64,000 bases of DNA from assembly GCA_965226495.1 (NCBI GenBank), contig OZ245365.1:5952001-6016000 (forward strand), in the 5' to 3' direction. Position numbers and translations under genes: made by a program. The first letter of the stretch is position 1. Every line of letters begins with the position of its first letter. Below are positions 31,083-40,628 of this stretch, in pieces. The notes under the pieces are model-generated. The model had not been told where the DNA came from and made no database searches. It worked only from the letters and a program-made list of their open reading frames with translations. Source of the DNA: Candidatus Marinacidobacterales bacterium. Its GTDB lineage: Bacteria; Acidobacteriota; Vicinamibacteria; Marinacidobacterales; DATDRI01.

Positions 31083-33481
31083 GAGGATCTCCGCATCTGG
31101 AAAGGCATGCTGTTCACAATGCCTACGACAAGTGACGAGAAGCGATAACCCTCCACGCGCGCCTCCCGGAGAATCTTGCGGATGGCTGGTCCGTCGTAGT
31201 ACTCGACTCCCCGCCCGGTCGCGAACACAAGAAGCTTCTCGGTGACCGTGGTGACAAACAGCTCTGGACGACGGAGCAACGCCTCCTCCAGCTCGCCAAC
31301 GCCGTCGATCGGGGTGCCCTCCCACAGCTCGCCAGAGGTATCAATCGGCAGGCCTGCCTCGGCGCTTCGCCAGCGCCCGATCGCATCGTAGTTCTCGAGA
31401 GCAAAGCCGATCGGGTCCATCAGTCTGTGGCAGTGCGCACACGCCGCATCGGCCCGATGCTCCGCCAGGCGCTCCCGCATCGACAACTCTCTTCCGACGG
31501 TCTTCGTGTCTGGCAGATCCGAGACGCCCGGCGGCGGCGGCGGTGGTGGCACCCCGAGAATATTGTCGAGGATCCAGTTGCCGCGGATTACGGGAGAGGT
31601 CCGGGTGGCATAGGACGTCACCGCCAGAATGCTCCCGTGGCGTAGCAGCCCTCCCCGCGTGCGGTCCTCGTCGAACGTGATGCGACGGAAACGGCTGCCG
31701 TACACGTGCGGGATGCCGTAGTGTTTGGCGAGGCGCTCGTTGACGAACGTGTACTTCGCACGCAGCAGGTCGAGCACGCTCCGGTCCTCACGGAGAATGC
31801 TCTCGACAAAGAGCTCCGTTTCCCGCCGAAACGCTTGCCGCAGATTGTCATCGAAGTCCGGGAAGATTCGCTTGTCGGGCGTTAACGATTCTAGATTGCG
31901 CAGGTGGAGCCACTGCGAGGCAAAGTTGCTCACCAGGTTGAGCGCCCGGGGGTCCGCCAGCATTCGCCGTGCCTGTTGCTCCAACTCCGCAGGGTTCGCG
32001 AGCTCTCCCCGAGCGGCCACATCCAACAGCTCGTCGTCCGGGATACTGCTCCACAGGAAAAACGACAGGCGCGACGCTAGCTCCAAATCGCTGATGCGGT
32101 AGGCGGTGTGAGGCGCCACGCCGGCTGGATCCTGTTCGATCCGGAACAGGAACTCCGGACTCACCAGGAGCGCGGCCAGACCGATCTCGATACCCGCTTC
32201 GAAGCCTTCTTTGGCTCGCGCCGCGCGGTAGAGCTCGATTGGTTTCTCAAGGTCCTCATCGGTCACGGGTCGCCGATAGACCCTCCGCATCAGTGTCGCA
32301 AGGATGCGTCTGGCGCAGCCATCTTCCTCGTCCGGGTTGTCCGGCCGGCACACGAAAACGCGGCGCCGGCTCGGCGTGTCCCCGACACCCTCCGCATCGT
32401 ACGGACCGGTGATCGAGACTGAATAGACGGCCGGCTGCATGCGGGGATGGCGGTAGTAGTTGAAGTGGGACTCGTAGGGTTGACGCGCCGTTTCGGGCAG
32501 CAACGACGGCTTCTTGGGAAACGTGACGCCGAGTGTGTGCGGGCCGGCGGTCACCGGAACGCGGATTTTGAGGTGGTCGTCCAAGTTCGGCTGGGATGGT
32601 TGGAAAATCAGAAGATTCTCTTCTCGAATCGGGGCCGGCTCCACCGTGAAGACACCCACCCGCTCCCTATCCAACAACAGCTCCAGCTCGTGAGTCTCGC
32701 TCAAGCCCTCGACGTGCTCGTTGCGGTCTCTCGCCAGCCGAATCTTGATCTCGTACTCGCCGTCGACAGGGAACGTGTGAGGAACGAGTGCTCCGCCGCG
32801 GGTGCCGACTGGAAGCCCGTCGAGATGCTTCTCTTGGGTCAGGTCGGGTCGGATCCGGATAGTGGAGCCACCCGGTCGACCGGTGAGTCGCCCCACCGCC
32901 AGCCGGCTGATCTTCTCCGCCGCAGCAACGTAGCGCTCCAATAGGGTGGGCGAGAGATTGCCCACCGTCACATTGTCGAAGCCATAGCTGGACGAGTCGC
33001 CCGGCAACAACGACGCGACGTCGACCTCGAGCGCAAGCAGGTCGCGGATGGCGTTGTGGTACTCGGTGCGGTTGAGCCGCCGGAAAGTATCGGTTCGGCC
33101 TGGATTCGGAGTCGCGGCAGCCAGACTATCGAGTGACGTCTCCAGCGAAGCGAGCGCCGCCCGGTAGGTGTCCTCATCCGGTCGGGGCATGCCGGCCGGC
33201 GGCATCTGACGTGCGCGAAGCTTGCGGACGACTTTTTCCCACGCCTCCCAGTTCGAGTCCATCGGCTGCGCGTTGATCGTGTCGAGCTCGAGCCCCGCTG
33301 TTTTCGCAAAGCTGTTGTGACAGGAAAGGCAATACTCGTTGACCAAGGGGTGGTGTGGGGCAGCGGACGGCAGCGATCCCCCGCGAGATTCTTGCTGTGC
33401 CCCCACGGTGCACACGAAACCGCCGGCGGCCAGGAAACCCGTCATGCAGCGCAACAACCACACTCGCCGAGGGTTCAGCAT
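31079..33481 (-). CDS. DUF1592/1588/1587/1585/1595 protein with cytochrome c motifs
   Basis: CLSCH, RRLNRTEY, LASRLSFFLWSS, TSPVIRG, CAHCH. Confidence 0.9.
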   Translation of the reverse strand: MLNPRRVWLLRCMTGFLAAGGFVCTVGAQQESRGGSLPSAAPHHPLVNEYCLSCHNSFAKTAGLELDTINAQPMDSNWEAWEKVVRKLRARQMPPAGMPRPDEDTYRAALASLETSLDSLAAATPNPGRTDTFRRLNRTEYHNAIRDLLALEVDVASLLPGDSSSYGFDNVTVGNLSPTLLERYVAAAEKISRLAVGRLTGRPGGSTIRIRPDLTQEKHLDGLPVGTRGGALVPHTFPVDGEYEIKIRLARDRNEHVEGLSETHELELLLDRERVGVFTVEPAPIREENLLIFQPSQPNLDDHLKIRVPVTAGPHTLGVTFPKKPSLLPETARQPYESHFNYYRHPRMQPAVYSVSITGPYDAEGVGDTPSRRRVFVCRPDNPDEEDGCARRILATLMRRVYRRPVTDEDLEKPIELYRAARAKEGFEAGIEIGLAALLVSPEFLFRIEQDPAGVAPHTAYRISDLELASRLSFFLWSSIPDDELLDVAARGELANPAELEQQARRMLADPRALNLVSNFASQWLHLRNLESLTPDKRIFPDFDDNLRQAFRRETELFVESILREDRSVLDLLRAKYTFVNERLAKHYGIPHVYGSRFRRITFDEDRTRGGLLRHGSILAVTSYATRTSPVIRGNWILDNILGVPPPPPPPGVSDLPDTKTVGRELSMRERLAEHRADAACAHCHRLMDPIGFALENYDAIGRWRSAEAGLPIDTSGELWEGTPIDGVGELEEALLRRPELFVTTVTEKLLVFATGRGVEYYDGPAIRKILREARVEGYRFSSLVVGIVNSMPFQMRRSS

Positions 33482-33662
33482 TCGGTCTCCTCCTCAACAG
33501 GGTTTTCAAGCCTGGCGGACAGGATGAGAACCGGTTATACACCAATCGCTCCCCATCAGGCCAGTTCCTTCGGCCGACCCGGGTGAAGCGAGAGCCCCTC
33601 GCTCAGGTGCTAAGCGTTTGGGTGTTACGGTCCACTAGCGGTCGGAGCGACCGAAGAAGACC

Positions 33663-34334
33663 GATTCTGTGGAGTACACGGCGATACGGAAGGATCTATT
33701 TCGGTCCCGGTACTTCGGATGAAGGCAGAACCGTCGAGGTGGCCGGCATCGATCACGTCGGGTTGGGCTCGGACTTCGACAGCGCGCCGACCTTTCCAGA
33801 AGGGATGACGGATGTCGGAGATTATCCCAACCTTACTATGGAGCTTGCCGGTCGCGGCTATACCAAAGCGGATTTGCGTAAAGTTCTCGGCGAGAACGCG
33901 CTGCGTGTGCTAACCGCGGCGAAAGAAACTGCTGTTCGGCTCGGCGACAGCTCTCGTTAGGACTCCGGCCTCTCCCACACCGACTTCTGGTGCGTCAGAT
34001 TCTGTGGAGTACACGGCGATACGGAAGGATCTATTTCGGTCCCGGTACTTCGGATGAAGGCAGAACCGTCGAGGTGGCCGGCATCGATCACGTCGGGTTG
34101 GGCTCGGACTTCGACAGCGCGCCGACCTTTCCAGAAGGGATGACGGATGTCGGAGATTATCCCAACCTTACTATGGAGCTTGCCGGTCGCGGCTATACCA
34201 AAGCGGATTTGCGTAAAGTTCTCGGCGAGAACGCGCTGCGTGTGCTAACCGCGGCGAAAGAAACTGCTGTTCGGCTCGGCGACAGCTCTCGTTAGGACTC
34301 CGGCCTCTCCCACACCGACTTCTGGTGCGTCAGA
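33663..34334 (+). repeat. Tandem duplication (335-bp period) containing a dipeptidase C-terminal fragment
   Basis: GATTCTGTGGAGTACAC starts at 33663 and 33998; both copies encode GIDHVGLGSDFD...KVLGENALRV*. Confidence 0.92.
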
Positions 34335-34350
34335 ATCAGGGATAGGTAAG

Positions 34351-35436
34351 CTAAGACTCTGGTCTCCATCCACTCACGCACGAGCTCACCATGGTTGGCA
34401 CTATCCAACTCGAAATCCCGGCCTTCGTCAGCGCCTGCGAAAAGGCCCGGTTGCCGGTCGGGATGTGTTGTAGGTGATCGGACATTCCGGTAGCGAAACG
34501 GATTCCTTTTAGCTTTAGAAGGTTGGAGCGATACTTGTCGACCATATGGACGGGAAAATTAGCGAGCCACTTATTGTAGGCGCTCTCGGATCGCCGGATT
34601 TCCCCGTTCACGATCTCGAAGGGGTAATCAACGAACAGGGGAGGCTTATCGGGGTTGGGGGATAGACCTGCCGCCAATGCCGTGAGCGCGCGGGGATAGT
34701 CTCCGTGGCTTGGCGTGACGAAATGACTCTGGACCAAACCTTTCCTGTCTTTAGCTTCTATGGTCGGAATCCACTCGGGATTGCCAGCTTCTAGGTCTTT
34801 CACCATATCCAAACAACAGGCACTGAGTCCGTAAACGGCGCTAAAGACGTCCGCATTTTTGATCGCAATGTAGAGCGCGGAGTATCCACCCATCGACTGG
34901 CCGACAATACCCCGGCTGCTCGCGTCAGCAAGCGTGCGATAAGTCTCATCGATATACTGAACCAGGTCCCGAGCCACAAAGTCTTCCCAATTGCCGATCA
35001 CTGGCGAGTTGACGAAATAGGAGCCGCCATAGGCATTGCGGCCGTCTGGCATGACCACCATCATCTCTTGGATCTTGCCCTCGCCGATGAGCTGGTTCAT
35101 GGCTGTTTGAATATTGAAGCCCTGATAGCTTCCATCTCGCCACGAGGTATTGGCGTCGTTAAACCCGTGCAGAAGATAAACGACCGGGTAGCGCTTTTGG
35201 GAGCTGGTGTAGCCAGGAGGCAAGTAGACCATGACCTGTCGATTCGGCGAATCGCCCAAGAGGTTACCTTCCAATCCAGGGCTGTGGACCGTCTGATAGG
35301 TTAGGAAACCTTGAGCCATGGCGGCCGAGGGCGCTGTCACCATGATCGCCAGCGCTGCAAAGACAAATGCGCCTGCAGGAGTACGCTTCGATTGGTTCTT
35401 GGGCATGATTTCCTCCTCGAGAGGTATGATCTCCAT
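34351..35436 (-). CDS. Secreted alpha/beta-hydrolase (putative esterase), frameshifted near the C-terminus
   Basis: VYLPPGY, YPVVYLLHG, GQSMGG; a His-containing tail lies in another frame. Confidence 0.82.
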   Translation of the reverse strand: MEIIPLEEEIMPKNQSKRTPAGAFVFAALAIMVTAPSAAMAQGFLTYQTVHSPGLEGNLLGDSPNRQVMVYLPPGYTSSQKRYPVVYLLHGFNDANTSWRDGSYQGFNIQTAMNQLIGEGKIQEMMVVMPDGRNAYGGSYFVNSPVIGNWEDFVARDLVQYIDETYRTLADASSRGIVGQSMGGYSALYIAIKNADVFSAVYGLSACCLDMVKDLEAGNPEWIPTIEAKDRKGLVQSHFVTPSHGDYPRALTALAAGLSPNPDKPPLFVDYPFEIVNGEIRRSESAYNKWLANFPVHMVDKYRSNLLKLKGIRFATGMSDHLQHIPTGNRAFSQALTKAGISSWIVPTMVSSCVSGWRPES

Positions 35437-35908
35437 TGCTTAGAGAAGAACCGGGAGTCTTGTATAGAGTGTTTTGAAGTGGGAGTCAACAACACACTTC
35501 TCGTGAGAAAACTTTTGATCTTTTTCCTGATTGTCTGCTCGACACCGGTCGACGGGAAGGTCAAGGAGGAATCTCCCAAGTTACTCTCTTGGATCGAGCC
35601 GATCGAAGTTCGTGAACAATGGCTGCCCAAAATGAACTCCTCCGAGGATAGTCGAGACCGGTTTAGGTGGTCCCTTTTTTTGGAGGATATCAAAAACAGT
35701 CGGCTAAGAAAACGTGATGCGGCATAACCATCGTATTCAAGTGACGAACTGCGTTCCGACATTCCCCGACTATGCTGCTCCTTACTACCATTTTCGGTAT
35801 TCTGAAATGCAGAACCTCGCATGGTTCGCACTTGATACGAGGAGCGTATGTGTTTTGTAGGTTTTGGAATAGTATCATGGAGTTAAATACAAAACCTTGC
35901 AATTTTGA

Positions 35909-37198
35909 ATGGAAAATATGCATATGCGAAACAAGATTAATAGAGCTTCGAAAATAGCTCTTGTGTATTTCCTTTTAGTGCCCTGGGCAAATCTGTCTGC
36001 TCAGGACTACAAGGGCTTCACATTAGAAGAATCAAGGTCTTATCATGACAAATTTTCCAAAGATATTTTCGTTGGATGGGGTGGTGGCGGTCGGCTCACC
36101 CGATACGTATTTCTTCACTTTTCGGAGTTTTGGCCACACTCAGTCATTAATCGGGCAGGAGCTGTCAAGGAATTGCCGCTTGCCCCTCGGGAAGATGTGG
36201 CTAATTTCATTACCAAAACACAGTTAGGAGAGCTATCCCTTAGGGAGTATGTAAGTAAAGCTGCAGTAGATGGCGTAGTGATACTCCACAAGGGTCAGAT
36301 TATCTTCGAGGACTATCCACGCATGTTTCCTAGCGATAAACACATTTACTTTTCAGTTTCAAAGGTGCTTATTTCCACAGCGATTGCAATTCTGGAAGAT
36401 CGTGGACAAATCGATGTTAGTAAAACCATAGATTTCTTCTTTCCTAAGCTAAAAGAATCCGACTGGAAGGGCGTTCAAGTAATAGATATCTTGGACATGA
36501 GTTCTGGCATGGATTGCAAGACTGAGTTCGGTGATCCAAACAACTGTTTTCAAAAATCTTTTTATGCCTACGGTTGGCCTTCAGTTGAAAATGCACTGGC
36601 AGATCCGATGGATTATTTTGCAACCATACGCTCTATTCGTCCACCAGGACAGATGTTCGAATATGTCAATGTCAATACTCTTATGTTGACTCTACTGGTG
36701 GAGCGAATTAGTGGATTGACGTTTTCTGATTTTATGGAGCAAGAAATTTGGCAACCTATGGGAGCTGAAGCTGACGCACTAATGCTCAGTGCAGCTTATG
36801 GGCGGGCTGTCACAACACTAGGTGTGAATTCTACAGTACGTGATATGGCACGCTTTGGATTGTCCTTTACCCCAACCGGAAGAAAGGGACAAAATCCGTT
36901 AATCTCGGATACATATCTCCGTAAAATTCAACAGGGTGGACGTCCTGAACTTTTCAGGCAATCGGATTTTCCGGACAAGTTTAAGGATGGATCGCTGAGT
37001 CATAACACCTATCAATGGGATTATGTAGCGAAGGATGGAGACTTCTACAAATCAGGCAGTGGCGGTCAGGGACTTTATATCTCACCCAGAAGAGATCTCG
37101 TAATTGCTTATTTCGGCACTTATGGTGAAGATAAAATATGGAATGAAATGCATCTTATCAACAGACAGCTTGCTAAATCGGGGCTCTTTGATGAGTAA
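35909..37198 (+). CDS. Serine hydrolase, beta-lactamase class C/NylB-like, low GC
   Basis: FSVSK (SxxK), LDMSSG, FEYVN, RDMARFG, GGQGLYI. Confidence 0.88.
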   Translation: MENMHMRNKINRASKIALVYFLLVPWANLSAQDYKGFTLEESRSYHDKFSKDIFVGWGGGGRLTRYVFLHFSEFWPHSVINRAGAVKELPLAPREDVANFITKTQLGELSLREYVSKAAVDGVVILHKGQIIFEDYPRMFPSDKHIYFSVSKVLISTAIAILEDRGQIDVSKTIDFFFPKLKESDWKGVQVIDILDMSSGMDCKTEFGDPNNCFQKSFYAYGWPSVENALADPMDYFATIRSIRPPGQMFEYVNVNTLMLTLLVERISGLTFSDFMEQEIWQPMGAEADALMLSAAYGRAVTTLGVNSTVRDMARFGLSFTPTGRKGQNPLISDTYLRKIQQGGRPELFRQSDFPDKFKDGSLSHNTYQWDYVAKDGDFYKSGSGGQGLYISPRRDLVIAYFGTYGEDKIWNEMHLINRQLAKSGLFDE

Positions 37199-37213
37199 AC
37201 ACTGTTCGCAGGT

Positions 37214-37470
37214 GCGGTGACCGATGAGATCTATGGCGTGGAGCTCCAAGCGTATGTCGTTTTGAGTGAAGAAGCGACGGCTACCGGCAAAGCACTGTAC
37301 GACCACTGCGCGAGCGAGCTCACTCCTCACAAAGTCCCACGCTCGATTCATCTGTGTCGGGACTTGCCTCGGACCGGTATGGAGCGGGTTAGCAAGGCTC
37401 GTTTGAAGGAGACCGGACCGATCGAGGAGTACCAGAGGTTCGAGTGCCCGAACAAGCGTTCCGTTTAGCT
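37214..37470 (+). repeat. 257-bp direct repeat, copy 2
   Basis: Matches 26521-26777. Confidence 0.9.
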
Positions 37471-37539
37471 AACCTCCTCCCGGACGAACGAGAAGCTGTT
37501 GTATCTCGAGCTCGACGGCACGTACCTGCGCTACCACCA

Positions 37540-38120
37540 AGGAGCGGAGAGGAAAGGATCCTCGTTGCGACCGCTATCGCGCTGATGGGACGCGAGTTCT
37601 TCTTCATATCGGTGTCGGCAACCGGAATCCTACGAGAACTGGAAGGGGTTCTTGCAGGAGATTGGCCCGAGGAATGAGGGAGCCGTTACTCATCGTGACG
37701 GACGGGAATCCTGGAGGCTCAAAGCGATCGCAGAGGTCTTCCCTCGAAGCCTCAAGCAACGTTGCCAGAAGCACCGCCTCGAGAACATCCTGGGCAAGGC
37801 TCCGAAGGAAGTGCGCGACGAACTCAAGGCGGCCATCCTTGAGTCGTTCCATGCGAACAGCTCGAGCAAGGGCTGAAGAAGGGTCGGGAGGTGATCGCTC
37901 GGTACCGTCAACGATTCCCGAGCGCGATGAAGTGCATGGAAGAGACCCTCGAAGCGTGTCTTCAGGCGCTACGCCTTCCTGCGGCGCATCACAAAAGGCT
38001 TCGCACGTCGAATCTAAGCGCACGTTCGGAGAGCACAAACGTCGCACAAAGGTCATTCCTCACTTCTTCACCGAGGAGGCCGCGAATCGGACCCGAAGAT
38101 CTCCGGCGGCGTTGCTCAGG
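37540..38120 (+). mobile_element. IS256-family transposase remnant
   Basis: PLLIVTDG, GLKAIAEVFP...QRCQKH, RLRTSN, RRTKVIPHF spread across frameshifted frames. Confidence 0.82.
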
Positions 38121-38124
38121 TGCC

Positions 38125-38886
38125 TCAAGAACAAGAACCATAGAACCATAGAATCGAGATGCTCGCCATCTCGATCGCTTCTTCGAACGATTTGGAAAAA
38201 TGGCGGAGCGCATCGAACGCGGTCTCGCCGAACCGTGCCTGGGTCCAGGGCTCCAGGTCATACCGATTCGCGATAATTGTGTAGAGGTTCCAGCGGTGTT
38301 CGGCCTCGAGACCTTCCACGAAGTCCATAGCAACCGCGACGACCTGTAAGAAGACAGCGGTCATCAAGAGCAGGCGTGACGACCTCGAACCGAGCTCGTA
38401 CCAGAGAAATCCGAACATGAACAGCCCAAGAGCGCCGAAAAAAGGCAGGAAAAGAATTTGCCAAGCGTAGCTCGGGAAAAAGTTGAGAGTGGCGCCCGTC
38501 GCATTCCACAAGGCTTCTTTGAAAGTGCTCCCGAAGCGCTCGTGGAGTTGGGCGCCGTCATCGATGGCCATATAAAAGAAGAAGATGGACAGTACGAGCC
38601 ATCCCCATGACTTCCATCGCGGTCCGGGTCCGTTCTTAAGCGAGAGGTAGATCAATCCCAAGGTAAGGCTCGCCAAGAGCGTCTGGGTCATGGCGAACCA
38701 GGATGCCAACCCATCCTCCCTCGCGGTATTGAACATGCGGCGCATCGCCCCAATGTACGTCCACTCCCCGTAGTTGATGTGGTAGTCGAGGAACACGAAG
38801 ACGATCTCGGCCAGAATGCAGAAGATGAGGATCCGGAGGGCCAGGCGCTCGGAATTGATGGTCAGCTGAACCGGTTCCGGTGACAC
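38125..38886 (-). CDS. Multi-pass membrane protein of unknown function, possibly 3'-truncated by the IS remnant
   Basis: About 6 TM segments; IDDGAQLHE and EEAIEM motifs. Confidence 0.65.
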   Translation of the reverse strand: MSPEPVQLTINSERLALRILIFCILAEIVFVFLDYHINYGEWTYIGAMRRMFNTAREDGLASWFAMTQTLLASLTLGLIYLSLKNGPGPRWKSWGWLVLSIFFFYMAIDDGAQLHERFGSTFKEALWNATGATLNFFPSYAWQILFLPFFGALGLFMFGFLWYELGSRSSRLLLMTAVFLQVVAVAMDFVEGLEAEHRWNLYTIIANRYDLEPWTQARFGETAFDALRHFSKSFEEAIEMASISILWFYGSCS

Positions 38887-38913
38887 TCACAATAGGCTAA
38901 CACGAGGGTCGGC

Positions 38914-38997
38914 TTACTCGTAGCGGAGGGCAGTCATGGGATCGACGCGGGTGGCGCGTCGGGCGGGCAAGTAGCTGGCTACTGCGGCGACCGCCAT
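38914..38997 (-). pseudogene. ADOP ABC permease extreme C-terminal remnant
   Basis: VAAVASYLPARRATRVDPMTALRYE*. Confidence 0.75.
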
Positions 38998-39000
38998 CAA

Positions 39001-39203
39001 CTCTCACCCGGCGTCTGACGTCGTTGATAACTGCACGGCATCCTTTGACGCCACTCTTCCCCAAACGGGGAGAGGGTGAGAATCGAGCAACGACGCGCAT
39101 CAGTTCACAGGCCTCGTCGGACCGGGGCCCCTCACCGGCGTCTGACGTTGTTGATAGCAGCACGGCATCCTTTGACGCCACCCTTCCCCAAAGGGGAGAG
39201 GGG
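39001..39203 (+). repeat. Two further copies of the REP-like element
   Basis: CTCACC(C)GGCGTCTG...TTGACGCCAC..TTCCCCAAA(C)GGGGAGAGGG occurs twice. Confidence 0.85.
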
Positions 39204-39324
39204 TAGTTCGAGCGGCGAGGCGCTTCGGCCGAAATAACTCGCCGGACCAATAGTAGAGGGTCTTCACCCCGCTTGCCGTCAAGGTTGTGGTAGCTTTAGG
39301 GCTCCTTTCGAAAGGACGGTAGCC

Positions 39325-40596
39325 GTGAGCAGGTTTCTACTTTTGTCGGTCCTCCTGACCACCCTCGTAGTCGTCGGCCCAGTCGGTGCTCAGTCGGTGG
39401 CGGAGAGTGAAGATCAAGCGCTCGAACACGCCAAGGAGATCCTCCGTACCACGCCACTCATCGATGGGCACAACGACCTTCCATGGACTATCCGGGAGGA
39501 CTCCGAGGCCCCGCGGGACGTTGAAGCGTACGATATTCGACAAAAAACGGCGGGAGATACCGACCTGCCGAAGCTACGGGCCGGCCAAGTCAGTGCCCAG
39601 TTTTGGTCGGTATGGGTCCCAGGCGAGACCAAGGAAGGCTACGCTAAGGTGCAGCTCGAGCAGATCGACATCGCGCGACGAATGATCGCTCGCTATCCGG
39701 AGAGCCTGACCTTGGCCCTCACTGCCTCGGACATCGAAGCCGCTTTCGAACAAGGGCGCATTGCCTCACTCCTAGGGATGGAAGGCGGTCACGTGATCGA
39801 GAATTCCCTCGGAGCTCTTCGGGCCTTCTATGCTCTGGGCGCTCGCTACATGACCCTGACTCACAACGTCACACTGGATTGGGCCGATGCCGCACTGGAC
39901 GAGCCGAGACACAAGGGTCTCACCCGTTTCGGAAGAGAAGTCATTCGAGAGATGAATCGGCTCGGCATGTTGGTAGACCTCTCGCATGTCACACCCGAGG
40001 TCATGAACGATGCTCTCGATGTCAGTGACGCACCGGTGATTTTTTCGCATTCCTCTTCTCGCGCTTTGGTCGATCATCCCCGAAACGTTCCCGACGCGAT
40101 TCTCGAGCGCATGCCAAAGAACAAAGGCGTAGTGATGGTTAACTTCGTTCCGGGCTTCATATCAAAAGAAGTGGCGGCATGGGAAGCTCCATTGATGAGT
40201 CGTCTCATCGGAACGCTCTCAAGCGGAGAGTACGACCGCATTCGCACGGAGTACGCTGTCGAGCATCCGATGCCCCGCGCGACACTTGGCCAGGTCGCCG
40301 ATCACATCGAGCACGTCGCCAAGATCGCAGGCTTCGATTATGTAGGCATTGGAAGCGACTTCTGGGGAGGAGACGACATGCCGGTAGGCTTGGAGGACGT
40401 CTCCAAGTTTCCTCATCTCTTCGCTGAGCTCATCCGCCGAGGCTGGAGTGAGGCGGATCTCCGAAAGCTAGCGGGAGAGAATTCCCTGCGGGCGTTTCGT
40501 GAAGCCGAGGCGACAGCCAAAAGACTTCGGGAGTCGCGGCCTGCTTCCGCGGCGACAATCGAAGAGCTCGACGGGCCGGGCGAGCCAAAAAGCTGA
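39325..40596 (+). CDS. Secreted membrane dipeptidase (M19)
   Basis: IDGHNDLP, GMEGGH, VDLSH, FSHSS, GIGSDF. Confidence 0.93.
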   Translation: MSRFLLLSVLLTTLVVVGPVGAQSVAESEDQALEHAKEILRTTPLIDGHNDLPWTIREDSEAPRDVEAYDIRQKTAGDTDLPKLRAGQVSAQFWSVWVPGETKEGYAKVQLEQIDIARRMIARYPESLTLALTASDIEAAFEQGRIASLLGMEGGHVIENSLGALRAFYALGARYMTLTHNVTLDWADAALDEPRHKGLTRFGREVIREMNRLGMLVDLSHVTPEVMNDALDVSDAPVIFSHSSSRALVDHPRNVPDAILERMPKNKGVVMVNFVPGFISKEVAAWEAPLMSRLIGTLSSGEYDRIRTEYAVEHPMPRATLGQVADHIEHVAKIAGFDYVGIGSDFWGGDDMPVGLEDVSKFPHLFAELIRRGWSEADLRKLAGENSLRAFREAEATAKRLRESRPASAATIEELDGPGEPKS

Positions 40597-40628
40597 AGGT
40601 TGCAATAACGAGGGTCTCTTCGAGGGAC

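Noticed and set aside
37860-37890. TGA in the IS256 remnant as another Sec codon
   Set aside because: It lies in a multiply frameshifted transposase with no redox motif.
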